A stretch of 64,000 nt of DNA from positions 576,001 through 640,000 of the forward strand of contig OZ244922.1 in NCBI GenBank assembly GCA_965221905.1. The letters are read 5' to 3'. Positions 50,791 to 62,367 of the stretch are shown here, piece after piece; the stretch's first letter is position 1, and each line of letters begins with the position of its first letter. Below the pieces are notes generated by a model. That model worked only from the letters and a program-made list of their open reading frames with translations. It had not been told where the DNA came from and ran no database searches. Made by a program: the position numbers and the translations under genes. The stretch comes from Chloroflexota bacterium (GTDB taxonomy: Bacteria > Chloroflexota > UBA11872 > VXOZ01).

Positions 50791-51435
50791 ATGCGCGACT
50801 TGCCGGAGATCGAGGCGGTGTTAGACGAAAAACAACAGCCATTAGCGGGTCAAGGCACAGGTGAATCTGCAGATTCACTCCCATGGCTTGAGCGAAATCG
50901 CTTGGGCATTGTGCTTCTGCTGGTCGTGCTCACTGCTATCGCGCTGGGATTGTATGCGCTGCAGTTGCGCAACACGGCGCCAATCAGCATCACGCCGGTG
51001 CAAACGGAATTGCGCGACATAAGAGTGTACATAACCGGTGCTGTGGCGCAACCGGGAGTTTACGCAGCCAGTTCCGGGGAGCGTGTGGGCGACGTGGTGG
51101 CACGCGCCGGCGGTCTGACGGCAGCAGCCGATCCCGTGGCCATTAATCTGGCGCGGCGGACGCAGGACGAGATGCACATTCATGTTCCTGCAAAAGGTGA
51201 ATCCGGGCAGGCAGCCGCTTCGAATACAGCCTCTTCGCCGCTGGCCCCGCTAAATGTTAATACGGCAACGCAAAGAGACCTGGAAGCGCTGCCCGGCATC
51301 GGGGAGGTGACGGCGCGCAGAATTCTCGCCTCGCGCGAGGCCGACGGCCCGTTTGCGAGCGTGGACGATTTGAGCCGCGCCGGAGTGCGCCCCACGATCA
51401 TCGAGCAGATTCGGAGCATGGTCGTTGCTGAGTAG
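50791..51435 (+). CDS. comEA: ComEA-family DNA-binding protein (TM, SLBB, HhH)
   Basis: VYITGAVAQPGVY, INLA, NVNTAT..DLEALPGIGEVTA.RI..R...GPF.SVDDL. Confidence 0.88.
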   Translation: MRDLPEIEAVLDEKQQPLAGQGTGESADSLPWLERNRLGIVLLLVVLTAIALGLYALQLRNTAPISITPVQTELRDIRVYITGAVAQPGVYAASSGERVGDVVARAGGLTAAADPVAINLARRTQDEMHIHVPAKGESGQAAASNTASSPLAPLNVNTATQRDLEALPGIGEVTARRILASREADGPFASVDDLSRAGVRPTIIEQIRSMVVAE

Positions 51436-51691
51436 GTAAACAAGGCGCCTTTCTTAGCGAGCACGGTCTTAGCGAGCATGGGCGCGAGCCTGATGGCACG
51501 CTGTACGGGGTTGCGAGACCAAGCGCCAGCTTCTTTATGATGAGCACAGGTTTCAAACCTGTGCTACTCTCTTTGATGAAAGAGCCGCAAATGAAACTAC
51601 TACAGTCATTTGCCGCGCGAAGCTGTGATATGAGACACACGCAGAGCCGCAAAGGCGCGCACACAGATTAAGCAGCAACGAGAAACCGCAC

Positions 51692-52867
51692 ATGGATGAA
51701 ATACGCATCGGTATTGTCGGACTAGGTCATCGCGGGCTGCACTGGCTGCGCATGCTCGAGCGGATAGAAGGCTACCGCATTACGGCCTTGTGCGATCCGA
51801 TTGTGGCGCTGCACGAGCGGGCTTTGGCGGAACTGCACCAGCGTGACGGCGTGACGGCCTACGCAAGCTATGAGGACATGCTGGGCGACCCGATCGTGGA
51901 CGCGGTGGCCGTTACCGTGCGCTGCAAGGAGCAGGGCGAACTGGCGGCCATGGCGCTGGAAGCCGGCAAGCACGTGAATACTGAGGTGCCGGCGGCGCAC
52001 ACCATTGCGGACTGCTGGCGCATCGTGCTGGCGCAGGAGCGGTCGGGCCTGGTCTACCAGCTTGGCGAGCAGACGCGCTTCTGGGGCTATATCGACGCCT
52101 GGCGCGATCTGGTGCAGTCGGGCAAGTTGGGACAGATCACGTTCTGCGAGGGGCAGTACATCGGCTATTACGGCACGCGCCAGTTTTTTCAAGACCCTGA
52201 TTCAGGAGAGTTTGCCGCAGTAGAAGAGCTCTATGAAAAACCCGGGGCGCAGCCGACCTGGCTGCACACCATGCCGCCGATTCACTACCTGCCCCATGAG
52301 TTAAGCCCGCTGCTGAAAGTGCTCGACGACCGGGTGGTGAACGTGACCGCTATGAGCACCGGCGCGCCCAGTTACTCGCACCCCGAAATCGGCCAGCCGG
52401 ACGTGCAGGTGGCGCTGATGAAGACGGAGAAAGACGCGATTCTGCGGTTGGTCTGTGGCTTTACCCAGCCGGTCTCCCACGGCATGGGACACCACTGGTT
52501 CCACATCAGCGGCACGGGCGGCGTGCTGGAATGGAAGCGCAGCGGCCAAGGCAAGCCGCTCATGTGGCTGGCCGACGGCCAGATGCACGACCCGGCGGAG
52601 ATGGACTGGGGCCACGCCCGCACCGACGCGCCAGCCGAGGCCCGCGGCAGCGGTCACGGCGACGCCGACTACTACGTCCACGTCTCGTTCCGCGATGCCG
52701 TGCTCGGCAAAACACCCCTGGAGTTCGACGTCTACCAAGCTATGGATACCGCCGCCCCCGCCATCCTCGCCGCCGATTCCATCGACCAAGGGACTGCACT
52801 TCTCCAAGTCCCCAACTTCCGCCCGGGACCTGAGAGACAAAAGAGCGAACCGCCAGACCTCGGGTGA
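51692..52867 (+). CDS. Gfo/Idh/MocA oxidoreductase
   Basis: IGIVGLGHRG, AGKHVNTEVPAA, GHGDAD. Confidence 0.9.
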   Translation: MDEIRIGIVGLGHRGLHWLRMLERIEGYRITALCDPIVALHERALAELHQRDGVTAYASYEDMLGDPIVDAVAVTVRCKEQGELAAMALEAGKHVNTEVPAAHTIADCWRIVLAQERSGLVYQLGEQTRFWGYIDAWRDLVQSGKLGQITFCEGQYIGYYGTRQFFQDPDSGEFAAVEELYEKPGAQPTWLHTMPPIHYLPHELSPLLKVLDDRVVNVTAMSTGAPSYSHPEIGQPDVQVALMKTEKDAILRLVCGFTQPVSHGMGHHWFHISGTGGVLEWKRSGQGKPLMWLADGQMHDPAEMDWGHARTDAPAEARGSGHGDADYYVHVSFRDAVLGKTPLEFDVYQAMDTAAPAILAADSIDQGTALLQVPNFRPGPERQKSEPPDLG

Positions 52868-53004
52868 CAAAGACTAGATGCCTAATGGCCAAGTTAGTGC
52901 ATTAGGTAGTCTAGACGCTTTCGCCAAGCATCTTGATTCTATTGACTCACTGTGACCCCCAGAATGCCATTCGCTACGCCGCAACAGATGAGGTGAAGTG
53001 ATTC

Positions 53005-55341
53005 ATGAAGTCACGCATTGCAGGCCTGGCACTTGAATTCCTGCGGCGTTTTCGCTCAAAGCGACTTTGCAGGTCGGGCCTCGAGTTGTGCCATGCAGGT
53101 CGGTTCAGAGAGGCAAGAGAGCAATTCAATAAAGTAGTCTCAATTGATCCAGAGCATGTCTCCGGATACTACTATCGTGCCATTTGCCACGCGGAACTGA
53201 ATAACCACCTAGCAGCAATTGAGGACTATGGCAAGGCCCTTGTCCTACGTCCGAATCTTGCCAATGCCTACTATGATCGTGGCCATTCGCTCCTAAAACT
53301 AGGGAACCACATAGAAGCGGTAGACGACTTCGATAAGGCATTGGATCTTGAGATATCGATCGAGTTCGAGGCTGAGGACGCCGAAGCCTACTACCGTCGC
53401 GCGATTGAATCATACGAAGAGCGAGACTGCAGGAAATCGCTAACGGACTTAGACAGGGCTGTCATTATCAGACCACACCACGCAGGAACTTATCTCTTGC
53501 GTGGAGTTTGTCACAGTTTTGTTGGCAGCTACGTAGAAGCAGCGGATGACTATGACCGGGCACTTGCGCTTGATCCATCCCTTGAACTCGAGCCTAAGTG
53601 TGCAGAAGCGTATCTGCAGCGGGGACTGTCCCGCGCGCAAGCAGGTGGACATAGGAGTGCCATAGCAGATATCGAAAGGGTTCTTGAACTCGAACCAAGA
53701 TGTGCTGAAGCGTATCTTCAAAGGGGCTCTTGTCATAGCGAACTAGGCAACCACGTAGAGGCGGCGGATGATTATGACCGCGCACTTGCGCTTGATCCAT
53801 CCCTTGAACTCGAGCCTAAGTGTGCTGAAGCGTATCTTCAAAGGGGCTCTTGTCATAGCGAACTAGGCAACCATGCAGAGGCGGCGGATGATTATGACCG
53901 CGCGCTTACACTTGATCCATCTCTTGTACTCAAGCATAAGTGTGCAGAAGCGTATCGGTTCCGTGGCATCTACCAAAGTGAACAAGGCAACTATGTAGAA
54001 GCGGCTGGCGACTATGACCGCGCGCTTGCACTTGATCCATCCATTGAACTTGAGGCTAAGTGTGCAGAAGCGTATCGGTTCCGTGGCATCTACCAAAGTG
54101 AACAAGGCAACTATGTAGAAGCGGCGGAAGACTACGACAGAGCGCTTATGTTTGATCCCTCGATTGAATTAGAAGAATCGGCTGCTGTGGCCTTTCATGG
54201 CAGAGGTTCTCGCCGCGCCGACTGTGGAAAGCACGTAGATGCAATAGCGGACTTTGGTAAGGCTCATGAACTTAATCCAAGGTTTGCTACAGCTATTCTT
54301 GACCGCGGAGTTTCGCGTACGGCATTGGGTTTATACGTGAAAGCTATAGGAGACTTCAGCAAAGCAGGCGAGCTTGAACCAGAGAATGGAGCAGCATTCT
54401 ACAACCGTGGCGTTGCCAATTTGATACTGGACGATTACAGGATTGCAATAAGGGACTTCGATAGAGCGATAGAACTTGATCCTAAATGCGCTGAAGCTCT
54501 ATTGAATCGTGGCTTCGCTTTCAGTCGGCTAGGACAACAGGAGAAAGCGATAGATGACTTTGTTAACTGCATTGCGCTCGAGCGTAGTAATGGCGCAGCC
54601 AGCTACTTCTGCGGAGTCTCCTGCATTCGCAGCGACCGCCTGATGAGGGCATCGGAGCACTTTGACAATGCTCTAATACTTAATCCGGATTTAGAACTTA
54701 CTCCAAAGGATACTATTGCCTACTACTATCGTGGCAAAGACGAAATGAGCCGCGGGAGGTTCGAGGAAGCCGCACGTTATTTTAGCAGGGCGATCAAGTA
54801 CAGGCCAACTAGACGTATAGCAGCTCGTTGCCATTACCTTCGCGGTGTATCCTACAGGAATTTGCGCGTCAATAGAGATATCGCAGCAGATTTTGATAGA
54901 GTTATTATTCTCGACCCAGCAATAAAGCTTGCACCAGAAGATGCCCAGGCCTGGCTAGGTCGTAGCATTCGCCACATGAGACTGGGGCAGCACAGCCAAG
55001 CTAAATCAGACTTCTGGCAGGCGTTGGCAGTCAGCCGTGAACACGTTTCCGAATATTGTTCTAACAAGATTTGCTTTGAAGGGCCCTTGAGAAACTACCG
55101 CGACTTTCGAGAAGCAGTTGAGAAGCACCTTGATATTGAAATTGAGAAATACCTTGAAACCATACCAGGATATATCTTCGCTTCCAACACGCGCGGGTTC
55201 TACGGGAGAGCGAATGAGTATAGGCGGGAGGTAATGGAGGCTCTTGAAAATGGAGAGCCTATTCCAGATCCCTCCACTATGTTTTCTCCGACTTGGCCGA
55301 TACCTGCCAGCAAGAGGGGGAAACGAAGAAGCCTAAGATAG
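53005..55341 (+). CDS. Tetratricopeptide-repeat protein
   Basis: Numerous AY..RG......G....A..DYD.AL.LDP repeats; lower GC than flanks. Confidence 0.92.
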   Translation: MKSRIAGLALEFLRRFRSKRLCRSGLELCHAGRFREAREQFNKVVSIDPEHVSGYYYRAICHAELNNHLAAIEDYGKALVLRPNLANAYYDRGHSLLKLGNHIEAVDDFDKALDLEISIEFEAEDAEAYYRRAIESYEERDCRKSLTDLDRAVIIRPHHAGTYLLRGVCHSFVGSYVEAADDYDRALALDPSLELEPKCAEAYLQRGLSRAQAGGHRSAIADIERVLELEPRCAEAYLQRGSCHSELGNHVEAADDYDRALALDPSLELEPKCAEAYLQRGSCHSELGNHAEAADDYDRALTLDPSLVLKHKCAEAYRFRGIYQSEQGNYVEAAGDYDRALALDPSIELEAKCAEAYRFRGIYQSEQGNYVEAAEDYDRALMFDPSIELEESAAVAFHGRGSRRADCGKHVDAIADFGKAHELNPRFATAILDRGVSRTALGLYVKAIGDFSKAGELEPENGAAFYNRGVANLILDDYRIAIRDFDRAIELDPKCAEALLNRGFAFSRLGQQEKAIDDFVNCIALERSNGAASYFCGVSCIRSDRLMRASEHFDNALILNPDLELTPKDTIAYYYRGKDEMSRGRFEEAARYFSRAIKYRPTRRIAARCHYLRGVSYRNLRVNRDIAADFDRVIILDPAIKLAPEDAQAWLGRSIRHMRLGQHSQAKSDFWQALAVSREHVSEYCSNKICFEGPLRNYRDFREAVEKHLDIEIEKYLETIPGYIFASNTRGFYGRANEYRREVMEALENGEPIPDPSTMFSPTWPIPASKRGKRRSLR
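53701..54180 (+). repeat. Four in-frame 120-bp tandem repeats inside the TPR gene
   Basis: TGTGCWGAAGCGTATC starts at 53701, 53821, 53941, 54061. Confidence 0.92.
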
Positions 55342-55459
55342 GCTAGGTCTAACAAATCTAGATGCCTTAGACTGTGGCTCATTGTGTCCAAAATGTTTGG
55401 TATCCCTAAAGTTCTCTACACTCTCCAAGACTTCAAAGGCATTGAGACATTTGAGCCAA

Positions 55460-56677
55460 CTACTCTTCGATCAACCTGCCGAATTTCCGCTTGCCGACTT
55501 GGAAGATTTGGCCCGGCTTTGCATCGAATGGCGCGTTGGTGTCGGTGATGCGGGTGTTGTCCAGGCGGACGCCGCCTTGTTTGACGAGGCGACGGGCCTC
55601 TGACTTGCTGCTAGCGAGGTTGGCGGCGATGAGGGCGTCCACGATGGTCTTTGCATCCCGTAGTGCGTCATTGAGAGCAATTATAGGAATATCGGTTGGG
55701 AGTGCGCCCTGGCGGAACATGCGCACGAACTCGGCCTCGGCAGCGTGAGCGGACGCTTCGTCATGGAACTGGGTCACGATCTCGCGGGCGAGGAGGGCCT
55801 TAACGTCGCGGGGATTGCGCCGCTCGGCGGCCATGTCGGCAAACGTCTCTTCCAACGTCGGCGTCGGAATATCCGTTAGCGTTTCAAAATAGTCGCGCAT
55901 TACGGCATCGGTGAGCGACATCACCTTGCCGTACATATCGTTCGGCTCGTCGGTGATAGCCACGTAGTTGTCGTAGCTCTTGCTCATCTTGCGCGTGCCG
56001 TCGGTGCCGACCAGCAGCGGCCACGTGAGAAACTGCTGCGGCGGCAGGCCGTGGGCCGACATGATGTCGCGGGCCACCTGGAAATTGAAGTACTGGTCGG
56101 TGCCGCCGAGCTCCACGTCGGCTTCGATGGCAACCGAATCGTACGCCTGGAGCAGCGGGTAGAGAAACTCCACCACCGAAACGGCCTGACCGCCCCGGTA
56201 GCGCGTGGAGAAGTCGTCGCGGTCGAGCATGCGGTTCACGGTGTACTTGGCGCAGAGGCGCACCACGTCTTCCAGCGCGAAATCCTCGAACCAGGAAGTT
56301 TGCCAGGCAACCTCGATCTTGTCCACGTCCACGATCTTGCCCATCTGGTCGAGGTAGGTCTGGGCATTGGCCTGCACTTCCTCGGCGCTGAGCATCTGGC
56401 GCGTGGCGGAGCGACCCGACGGATCGCCGATGCGGGCGGTCCAGTCGCCGATAATTATGATCACGCGGTGCCCCAACTCCTGGAACTGCCGGATTTTGCG
56501 GAAGCCCACCGCATGGCCCAGGTGAAGGTCGGGCCGGCTGGGGTCCACGCCGAACTTGATGCGCAGCGGTTTGTCCGCCCGCAGCATTTTTTCCAGGTCA
56601 GCCCGCACCACCGCGTCCACCACGCCCCGGTTTAGCAGCGTTTGCAGCGCTTCTTCTGACGTTTGTACCGTCGCCAT
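55460..56677 (-). CDS. tyrS: Tyrosine--tRNA ligase
   Basis: KFGVDPS...LHLGH (HIGH), YPLLQAYD, GGTDQ, KMSKS, C-terminal S4 domain with VGKRKF. Confidence 0.97.
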   Translation of the reverse strand: MATVQTSEEALQTLLNRGVVDAVVRADLEKMLRADKPLRIKFGVDPSRPDLHLGHAVGFRKIRQFQELGHRVIIIIGDWTARIGDPSGRSATRQMLSAEEVQANAQTYLDQMGKIVDVDKIEVAWQTSWFEDFALEDVVRLCAKYTVNRMLDRDDFSTRYRGGQAVSVVEFLYPLLQAYDSVAIEADVELGGTDQYFNFQVARDIMSAHGLPPQQFLTWPLLVGTDGTRKMSKSYDNYVAITDEPNDMYGKVMSLTDAVMRDYFETLTDIPTPTLEETFADMAAERRNPRDVKALLAREIVTQFHDEASAHAAEAEFVRMFRQGALPTDIPIIALNDALRDAKTIVDALIAANLASSKSEARRLVKQGGVRLDNTRITDTNAPFDAKPGQIFQVGKRKFGRLIEE

Positions 56678-57010
56678 CACCTGCTCCTCTGGTCTCGAAA
56701 TTGGTAAAGGACTTCAATTGCTGTGAAGGTTTCACAAGCGATTATATACTGCGGGCAAAGATTGGATGCTCCAGCCCCTGGCAAGAGTTAAAAAAAACGC
56801 TGACGGAATGGATGCATGAAATTACAAGAAGCAACGGCTAGGTTTCGACTGCCGGAACAACTAGGTAGCGCTGAAACGCGCCGTGAGTGCACTTGTCAAG
56901 GACAGACGTCCTGAGCGGCGCTTGAAACGTCATTCTTGTGCGTGTTGACTAATTCGTTGACAGTTCAATAATTACAATTGAAACCATGGCTGGCAGAAGA
57001 CGTGCAACTC

Positions 57011-57344
57011 CGTCATTCCGGCGCAAGCCGGAATCCATCTTCGCTGCACCCCCTGGACTCCGGCCCCGTATCAAGTACGGGGCAGGCTTTTCGCCGGAGT
57101 GACGGTTCTCCTGCCGCCTGCCATGTTCGTCTCTGATGCATGTGCAAACACTTCTCGTGCTTGGAGCAACCTATCGCGTAAGACAGCCAATACTAGGACA
57201 TCATCTCCTGTTGTTTGAAGTTCCACTACTGTCAGCGAATTACCTGACATTTACAATTCCGGCGAAATCCCTGCCCGTGCTTGTTGCGGGGCCGATGTCC
57301 AGGCATAGAGCAAAGATGGATTCCCGCTTTCGCGGGAATGACGG
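57011..57344. repeat. REP cluster of the GTCATTCC/GGAATGAC family
   Basis: CGTCATTCCGGCGCAAGCCGGAATCCA, a composite copy near 57050-57105, GGATTCCCGCTTTCGCGGGAATGACGG. Confidence 0.75.
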
Positions 57345-57468
57345 CATTGAACGTCTTCTCCATTCCAGGTATGCGCTGAGTTCACGAATCTGTCAACGAA
57401 GTAGCCTGTACTTTCACGAATGACTTCTGACTCAATCGGAGAAGTGGATTAGACTGAGCTCGAACATC

Positions 57469-57882
57469 CTAACTCACATGTCGAGCGCGCTTCGCCGCAA
57501 GGCCGCCAAGAAAAGTGGAAACCAGAAACGCAACGAGCATGCCGATGGGGAACCATAATTTTGCGGGATAAAAGACATAGAATGAGTAAACGCCCCAAAG
57601 GGATAGCAGTCCGCCGATGGCGCTGGTGACGGCAAGAGCGCTCCCCTTTGCCACCTTGGCCCCAATAAAGCCGCCCACCAGTCCACCCAGGGCAGCGGCA
57701 AGTATCACCAGCATCAGGCCGTTCGTCTCAGCGGCAGCTACCCGCAACGCCGTGGCTTCAGGCGTTTGGGGGTCCATCAATTCCGGTGGCGTGGGATAGA
57801 ACCGGTCTGCCGCGACGCTTCCAAGAAAGAAGACAACGTTGGCGACAAGCACGCCGAGGACAACAGCAAGGATTTTCCGCAT
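57469..57882 (-). CDS. Hypothetical membrane protein (about four TM helices)
   Basis: Hydrophobic 137-aa ORF with GAGG RBS. Confidence 0.75.
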   Translation of the reverse strand: MRKILAVVLGVLVANVVFFLGSVAADRFYPTPPELMDPQTPEATALRVAAAETNGLMLVILAAALGGLVGGFIGAKVAKGSALAVTSAIGGLLSLWGVYSFYVFYPAKLWFPIGMLVAFLVSTFLGGLAAKRARHVS

Positions 57883-58351
57883 GAGTGCCTCTCTTTCGGT
57901 TGCGGGGGTACTACTTCCATTATATCCGCCGGAGTTGCCGGACCTAAAGGCAGAGCGGTCACTGGGATGGGGAGTAGAGTGGCGGACGGTTGATGAGTTG
58001 CCGCCGTAAACCAGAGGCTGCGCCGTTCGCGGGAGGGGCTGGATTCAACAGCATGCAGGGAAGATGGGTTCCCGTTTTCGCGGGAATGACGGAGTCGACG
58101 GAATCGACGAGAGATGACGGAGTTGAGGCGCTGTATGAGGGAATGAACGGGTGGCGCATTCTCAATGCAAAGTGGCAGACTCTGCCTTACGGTACCAAGA
58201 AGTCAATCGAGTTAGTATTCTTACCCAACTACTTGGGGCATTGGACGCAGGTTACAAACCTGCCCTACCGGAGACGAATAGCCCAATTCGACACACCTAT
58301 CTTTCGTGTGGGGCCTGTGCCACTCTTCGCCAAGAGAAAACTGAGACTGCC

Positions 58352-59422
58352 TTACATGCCGCGCAGAGCCTGCACCACGGCGTCGGTGACCTCTTGGGTG
58401 GTGGCGGTTCCCCCCAAGTCGGGAGTACGCACGCCGCCGCTTGCCGTTACCGCTTCCATGGCATTCATGACGAGTTCTCCCGCTTCGTGCTCGCCCAGGT
58501 AGTCCAGCATCATGGCGCCTGCCCAGATAGCCGCCAGCGGATTGGCAATGTTCTTGCCATAAATATCCGGCGCGGAGCCGTGCACCGGCTCGAACATGCC
58601 CGGGTAACGTCGGGTAGGATCGATATTGGCGCTGGGCGGCAGACCCAAGCTCCCCTGCAGCGCGCCGCCAAGGTCGGTGAGGATGTCAGCAAAGAGATTC
58701 GAGGCGACCACTACGTCGAATGATTCAGGACTGGTCACGAACCGGGCAGCAGCAGCGTCTACGTGGTACTTACTGGTTGCAATGTCAGGATAATCCTGTG
58801 CCACAGACAAGAAAACCTCGTCCCAGAAGACCATGTTGTACTGCATGGCGTTGGACTTGGTGATGCTCGTGACGCCGGTGCGCCCGTGGGTTTGGGCATA
58901 GTCGAAGGCGTAGCGAATGATGCGCTCCACGGCAGTGCGCGTAAAGACGATGGACTGCAACGCCACTTCGTGATCGGTGCCCACGTGCACACGGCCGCCT
59001 ACGCCGGAGTACTCGCCCTCAGTGTTTTCTCTCACGCAGACGAAGTCGACATCTTCAGGCCCCTTGTCGCGCAGAGGGCCGTTAATACCACGAAGCAGCT
59101 TGATGGGACGCAGGTTGACGTATTGCCGAAAGGCCTTGCGAATCGGGAGCAGCAAGCCCCAGAGCGAAATGTGATCGGGTACCGTGGGGAAGCCCACCGC
59201 GCCGAGATAGATCGCTCGGAACTGTTCCAGCGTCTGCAGCGCGTCCGCCGGCATCATGAGGTCATGCTGCAGATAGTATTCGCAGCCCCATGGAAAGTCG
59301 GTGTAGTTGAGCCAGTAACTACCGGTTAAGGCACCGGCGGCGTCGAGCACCTGTTTCCCCGAGGCGATGACGTCCGGTCCGATTCCGTCGCCGCCAATTT
59401 CGGCAATCTCATACGTCTGCAT
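58352..59422 (-). CDS. Tartrate dehydrogenase / D-malate dehydrogenase (isocitrate/isopropylmalate dehydrogenase family)
   Basis: GDGIGP, VPDHISLWGLL..IR..F.QYVNLRP, RENTEGEY, TKSN, FEPVHGSAPDI. Confidence 0.9.
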   Translation of the reverse strand: MQTYEIAEIGGDGIGPDVIASGKQVLDAAGALTGSYWLNYTDFPWGCEYYLQHDLMMPADALQTLEQFRAIYLGAVGFPTVPDHISLWGLLLPIRKAFRQYVNLRPIKLLRGINGPLRDKGPEDVDFVCVRENTEGEYSGVGGRVHVGTDHEVALQSIVFTRTAVERIIRYAFDYAQTHGRTGVTSITKSNAMQYNMVFWDEVFLSVAQDYPDIATSKYHVDAAAARFVTSPESFDVVVASNLFADILTDLGGALQGSLGLPPSANIDPTRRYPGMFEPVHGSAPDIYGKNIANPLAAIWAGAMMLDYLGEHEAGELVMNAMEAVTASGGVRTPDLGGTATTQEVTDAVVQALRGM

Positions 59423-59656
59423 GCGGGTTTGTCCTCCTCAATCGATAGTAAAACGTTGTTACGAAGCTATGTGCTGAATTGCGCAAGCGATGGCGTTTGC
59501 CTCCCGAATGGCTGTGGTTGATGCTTTTCGTCAGAAACCTCGCGAAAATCGTTACTCCACAGCTCAGCGTCGATGAGCGATGTCCATGCTATTCTATACG
59601 GGATGTCTTGCCTCGAGCTCTTGCCAGACTTGATTACAATTGAAACTGCGTGGCCC

Positions 59657-60334
59657 ATGGATAAGCACACACCCTATTATGAACTCTTAGAGGCGATCCG
59701 CCAGCCGGCGTGTCCCGTCTGCCGCTTGGCTATCCGCAGCGGCGACCGCTTTCTGGAGACATATTCCTACGAGCACGTCAACGACATCGAGATCCGGGAG
59801 CTGGTGCGGGCGGCAAAGGGCTTCTGCCATCATCATACCTGGCGACTCTTCCACGAACACAGCCCGTTGGGCACTGCTCTGACCTACTTCGACATTCTCG
59901 GCGAGGCGTCCCAGCAAATCGCCTCCTCTAAAGATCAGCAGGGCTTCTTGCGCAGCCTGGCTGCGCGTGCGCGCAAGCGGCTTACGCCTCAGGGCACGTG
60001 CCTGGGCTGTGATGCGCAGAGCAATGCCGAGCAGCGCTATCTAGGATTGTTGGTCGAGACCCTGCGCGGCGATCGTGAGGCTCAGGAAGCCTATACAGAT
60101 TCGGACGGCCTTTGCTTGCTCCACTTGCGCGCCGCTCTGGTTTCGCGACCCTCGCGCGACGCGACAGACCTGCTATTGCGTGTGCAGGAGAAACGCATCG
60201 CTGCTGTACGCGAGCAGATGAGCGAGATCGTGCGCAAGGCCGACTATCGGGTGAAGGACCGCGTGACTCCGGAAGACATCGACAGCTTGCCCGCGGCGCT
60301 GGCGCAGGTAGTGGGACAAGAAGCGCTGGACTAA
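59657..60334 (+). CDS. DUF6062-like protein with duplicated CxxC...CxxH motifs
   Basis: CPVC...GFCHHH and CLGC...GLCLLH. Confidence 0.72.
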   Translation: MDKHTPYYELLEAIRQPACPVCRLAIRSGDRFLETYSYEHVNDIEIRELVRAAKGFCHHHTWRLFHEHSPLGTALTYFDILGEASQQIASSKDQQGFLRSLAARARKRLTPQGTCLGCDAQSNAEQRYLGLLVETLRGDREAQEAYTDSDGLCLLHLRAALVSRPSRDATDLLLRVQEKRIAAVREQMSEIVRKADYRVKDRVTPEDIDSLPAALAQVVGQEALD

Positions 60335-60371
60335 GCCAACTGGGGGCGTGTACCAAGAGGGAAGGTGGCCC

Positions 60372-61061
60372 ATGAAGTATGAGCGGATGCTGCCGGCGGA
60401 GATCGAACAGCAATTGCAGACGCGGCCCATCGCCATTCTGCCTTGGGGCGCATTAGAGTGGCACGGCTACCACCTGGCGGTCGGACAAGACGCGTTGAAA
60501 GCGCAGGGCATCGCCGACCGCTGCGCCGAGGCGGCTGGTGCAATCTCGCTGCCGGTGGTGTGGTGCGGCTTTCAGACCATGAAGCCCCACGCGGGTTTTA
60601 AGCACACGCTGGAGTTCCGCGATGAGACCGTGCGCACGTTGGCGCGCGAGTACTTGGAGCAACTGGACGATGAAGGCTTCAAGGTCATCGTCATCATCAC
60701 CGGGCACTACGGACCTCTGCACGTGCGCGCGCTCAAGGAGGTGGGCGAGTGGTATCAGCAGCAGCATCCCCACCTACAGGTCTGGGTGCTGGCGGAGTAT
60801 GAGGTGGTGAAAGACCTCGGGTACACGGGCGATCATGCCGCGAAATGGGAGACCTCGATCTTCTGGCACCTGCATCCTGAACTCACCGACATCAGCCGCT
60901 ACCGCACGGACCTCACCATGAAAGAGCAAGGCGTCGGCGGTGAAGACCCGTCTGTGCACGCTTCACCCGAGCTCGGTGAGATGATTGTGAATGCAATCGC
61001 TGAGCGGGTGGCCGCGCGCTGCGGCGAGTTGCTGGCTGAGGTGCAGAGAGTTGCTAGCTGA
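60372..61061 (+). CDS. Creatininase family protein
   Basis: P.GALEWHG.HL..G.D, GHYG, DHAAKWETS. Confidence 0.9.
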   Translation: MKYERMLPAEIEQQLQTRPIAILPWGALEWHGYHLAVGQDALKAQGIADRCAEAAGAISLPVVWCGFQTMKPHAGFKHTLEFRDETVRTLAREYLEQLDDEGFKVIVIITGHYGPLHVRALKEVGEWYQQQHPHLQVWVLAEYEVVKDLGYTGDHAAKWETSIFWHLHPELTDISRYRTDLTMKEQGVGGEDPSVHASPELGEMIVNAIAERVAARCGELLAEVQRVAS

Positions 61062-61199
61062 CGTGCAGATTCCGGAAGGTGAAGCGATCTCGCGTAGAGT
61101 GGGAAGACGCGGATGAGAGAACCTGGCGGTGAATTCTAAGGGTGCGGGATTAACTAGGCTCCGTTCATCCTTCGACAGGCTCAGAAACTGTCTTGGGTG

Positions 61200-62153
<954 letters not shown>

Positions 62154-62164
62154 CTATGGCTGGC

Positions 62165-62320
62165 GCTCCCATGCAGTCCCTGCCTTACGGATACGGACTT
62201 CGTGTCCCGGTAACTGTTCGGGCTCTGGGGGAGCTCGGCAGGTGTGGCGACCACTCTGAGCCACGGTCTGCCAGACCTAGGACGAACCGGTCTGCCACGC
62301 CTGCTCCCATTCTATCTCCC
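62165..62320 (-). ncRNA. IS110 bridge RNA with target- and donor-binding loops (ends approximate)
   Basis: Stem 62238-62248/62294-62304 encloses guides matching both target arms; a second stem-loop holds guides matching the donor junction. Confidence 0.82.
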
Positions 62321-62367
62321 TTTTCCAAGATATAAGGACGAACGGAGTCTGGTTCTCCTGGAAGGCT

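Noticed and set aside
56680-57000. T-box leader for tyrS
   Set aside because: No GGTGGNACCGCG T-box motif or terminator/antiterminator seen on the minus strand
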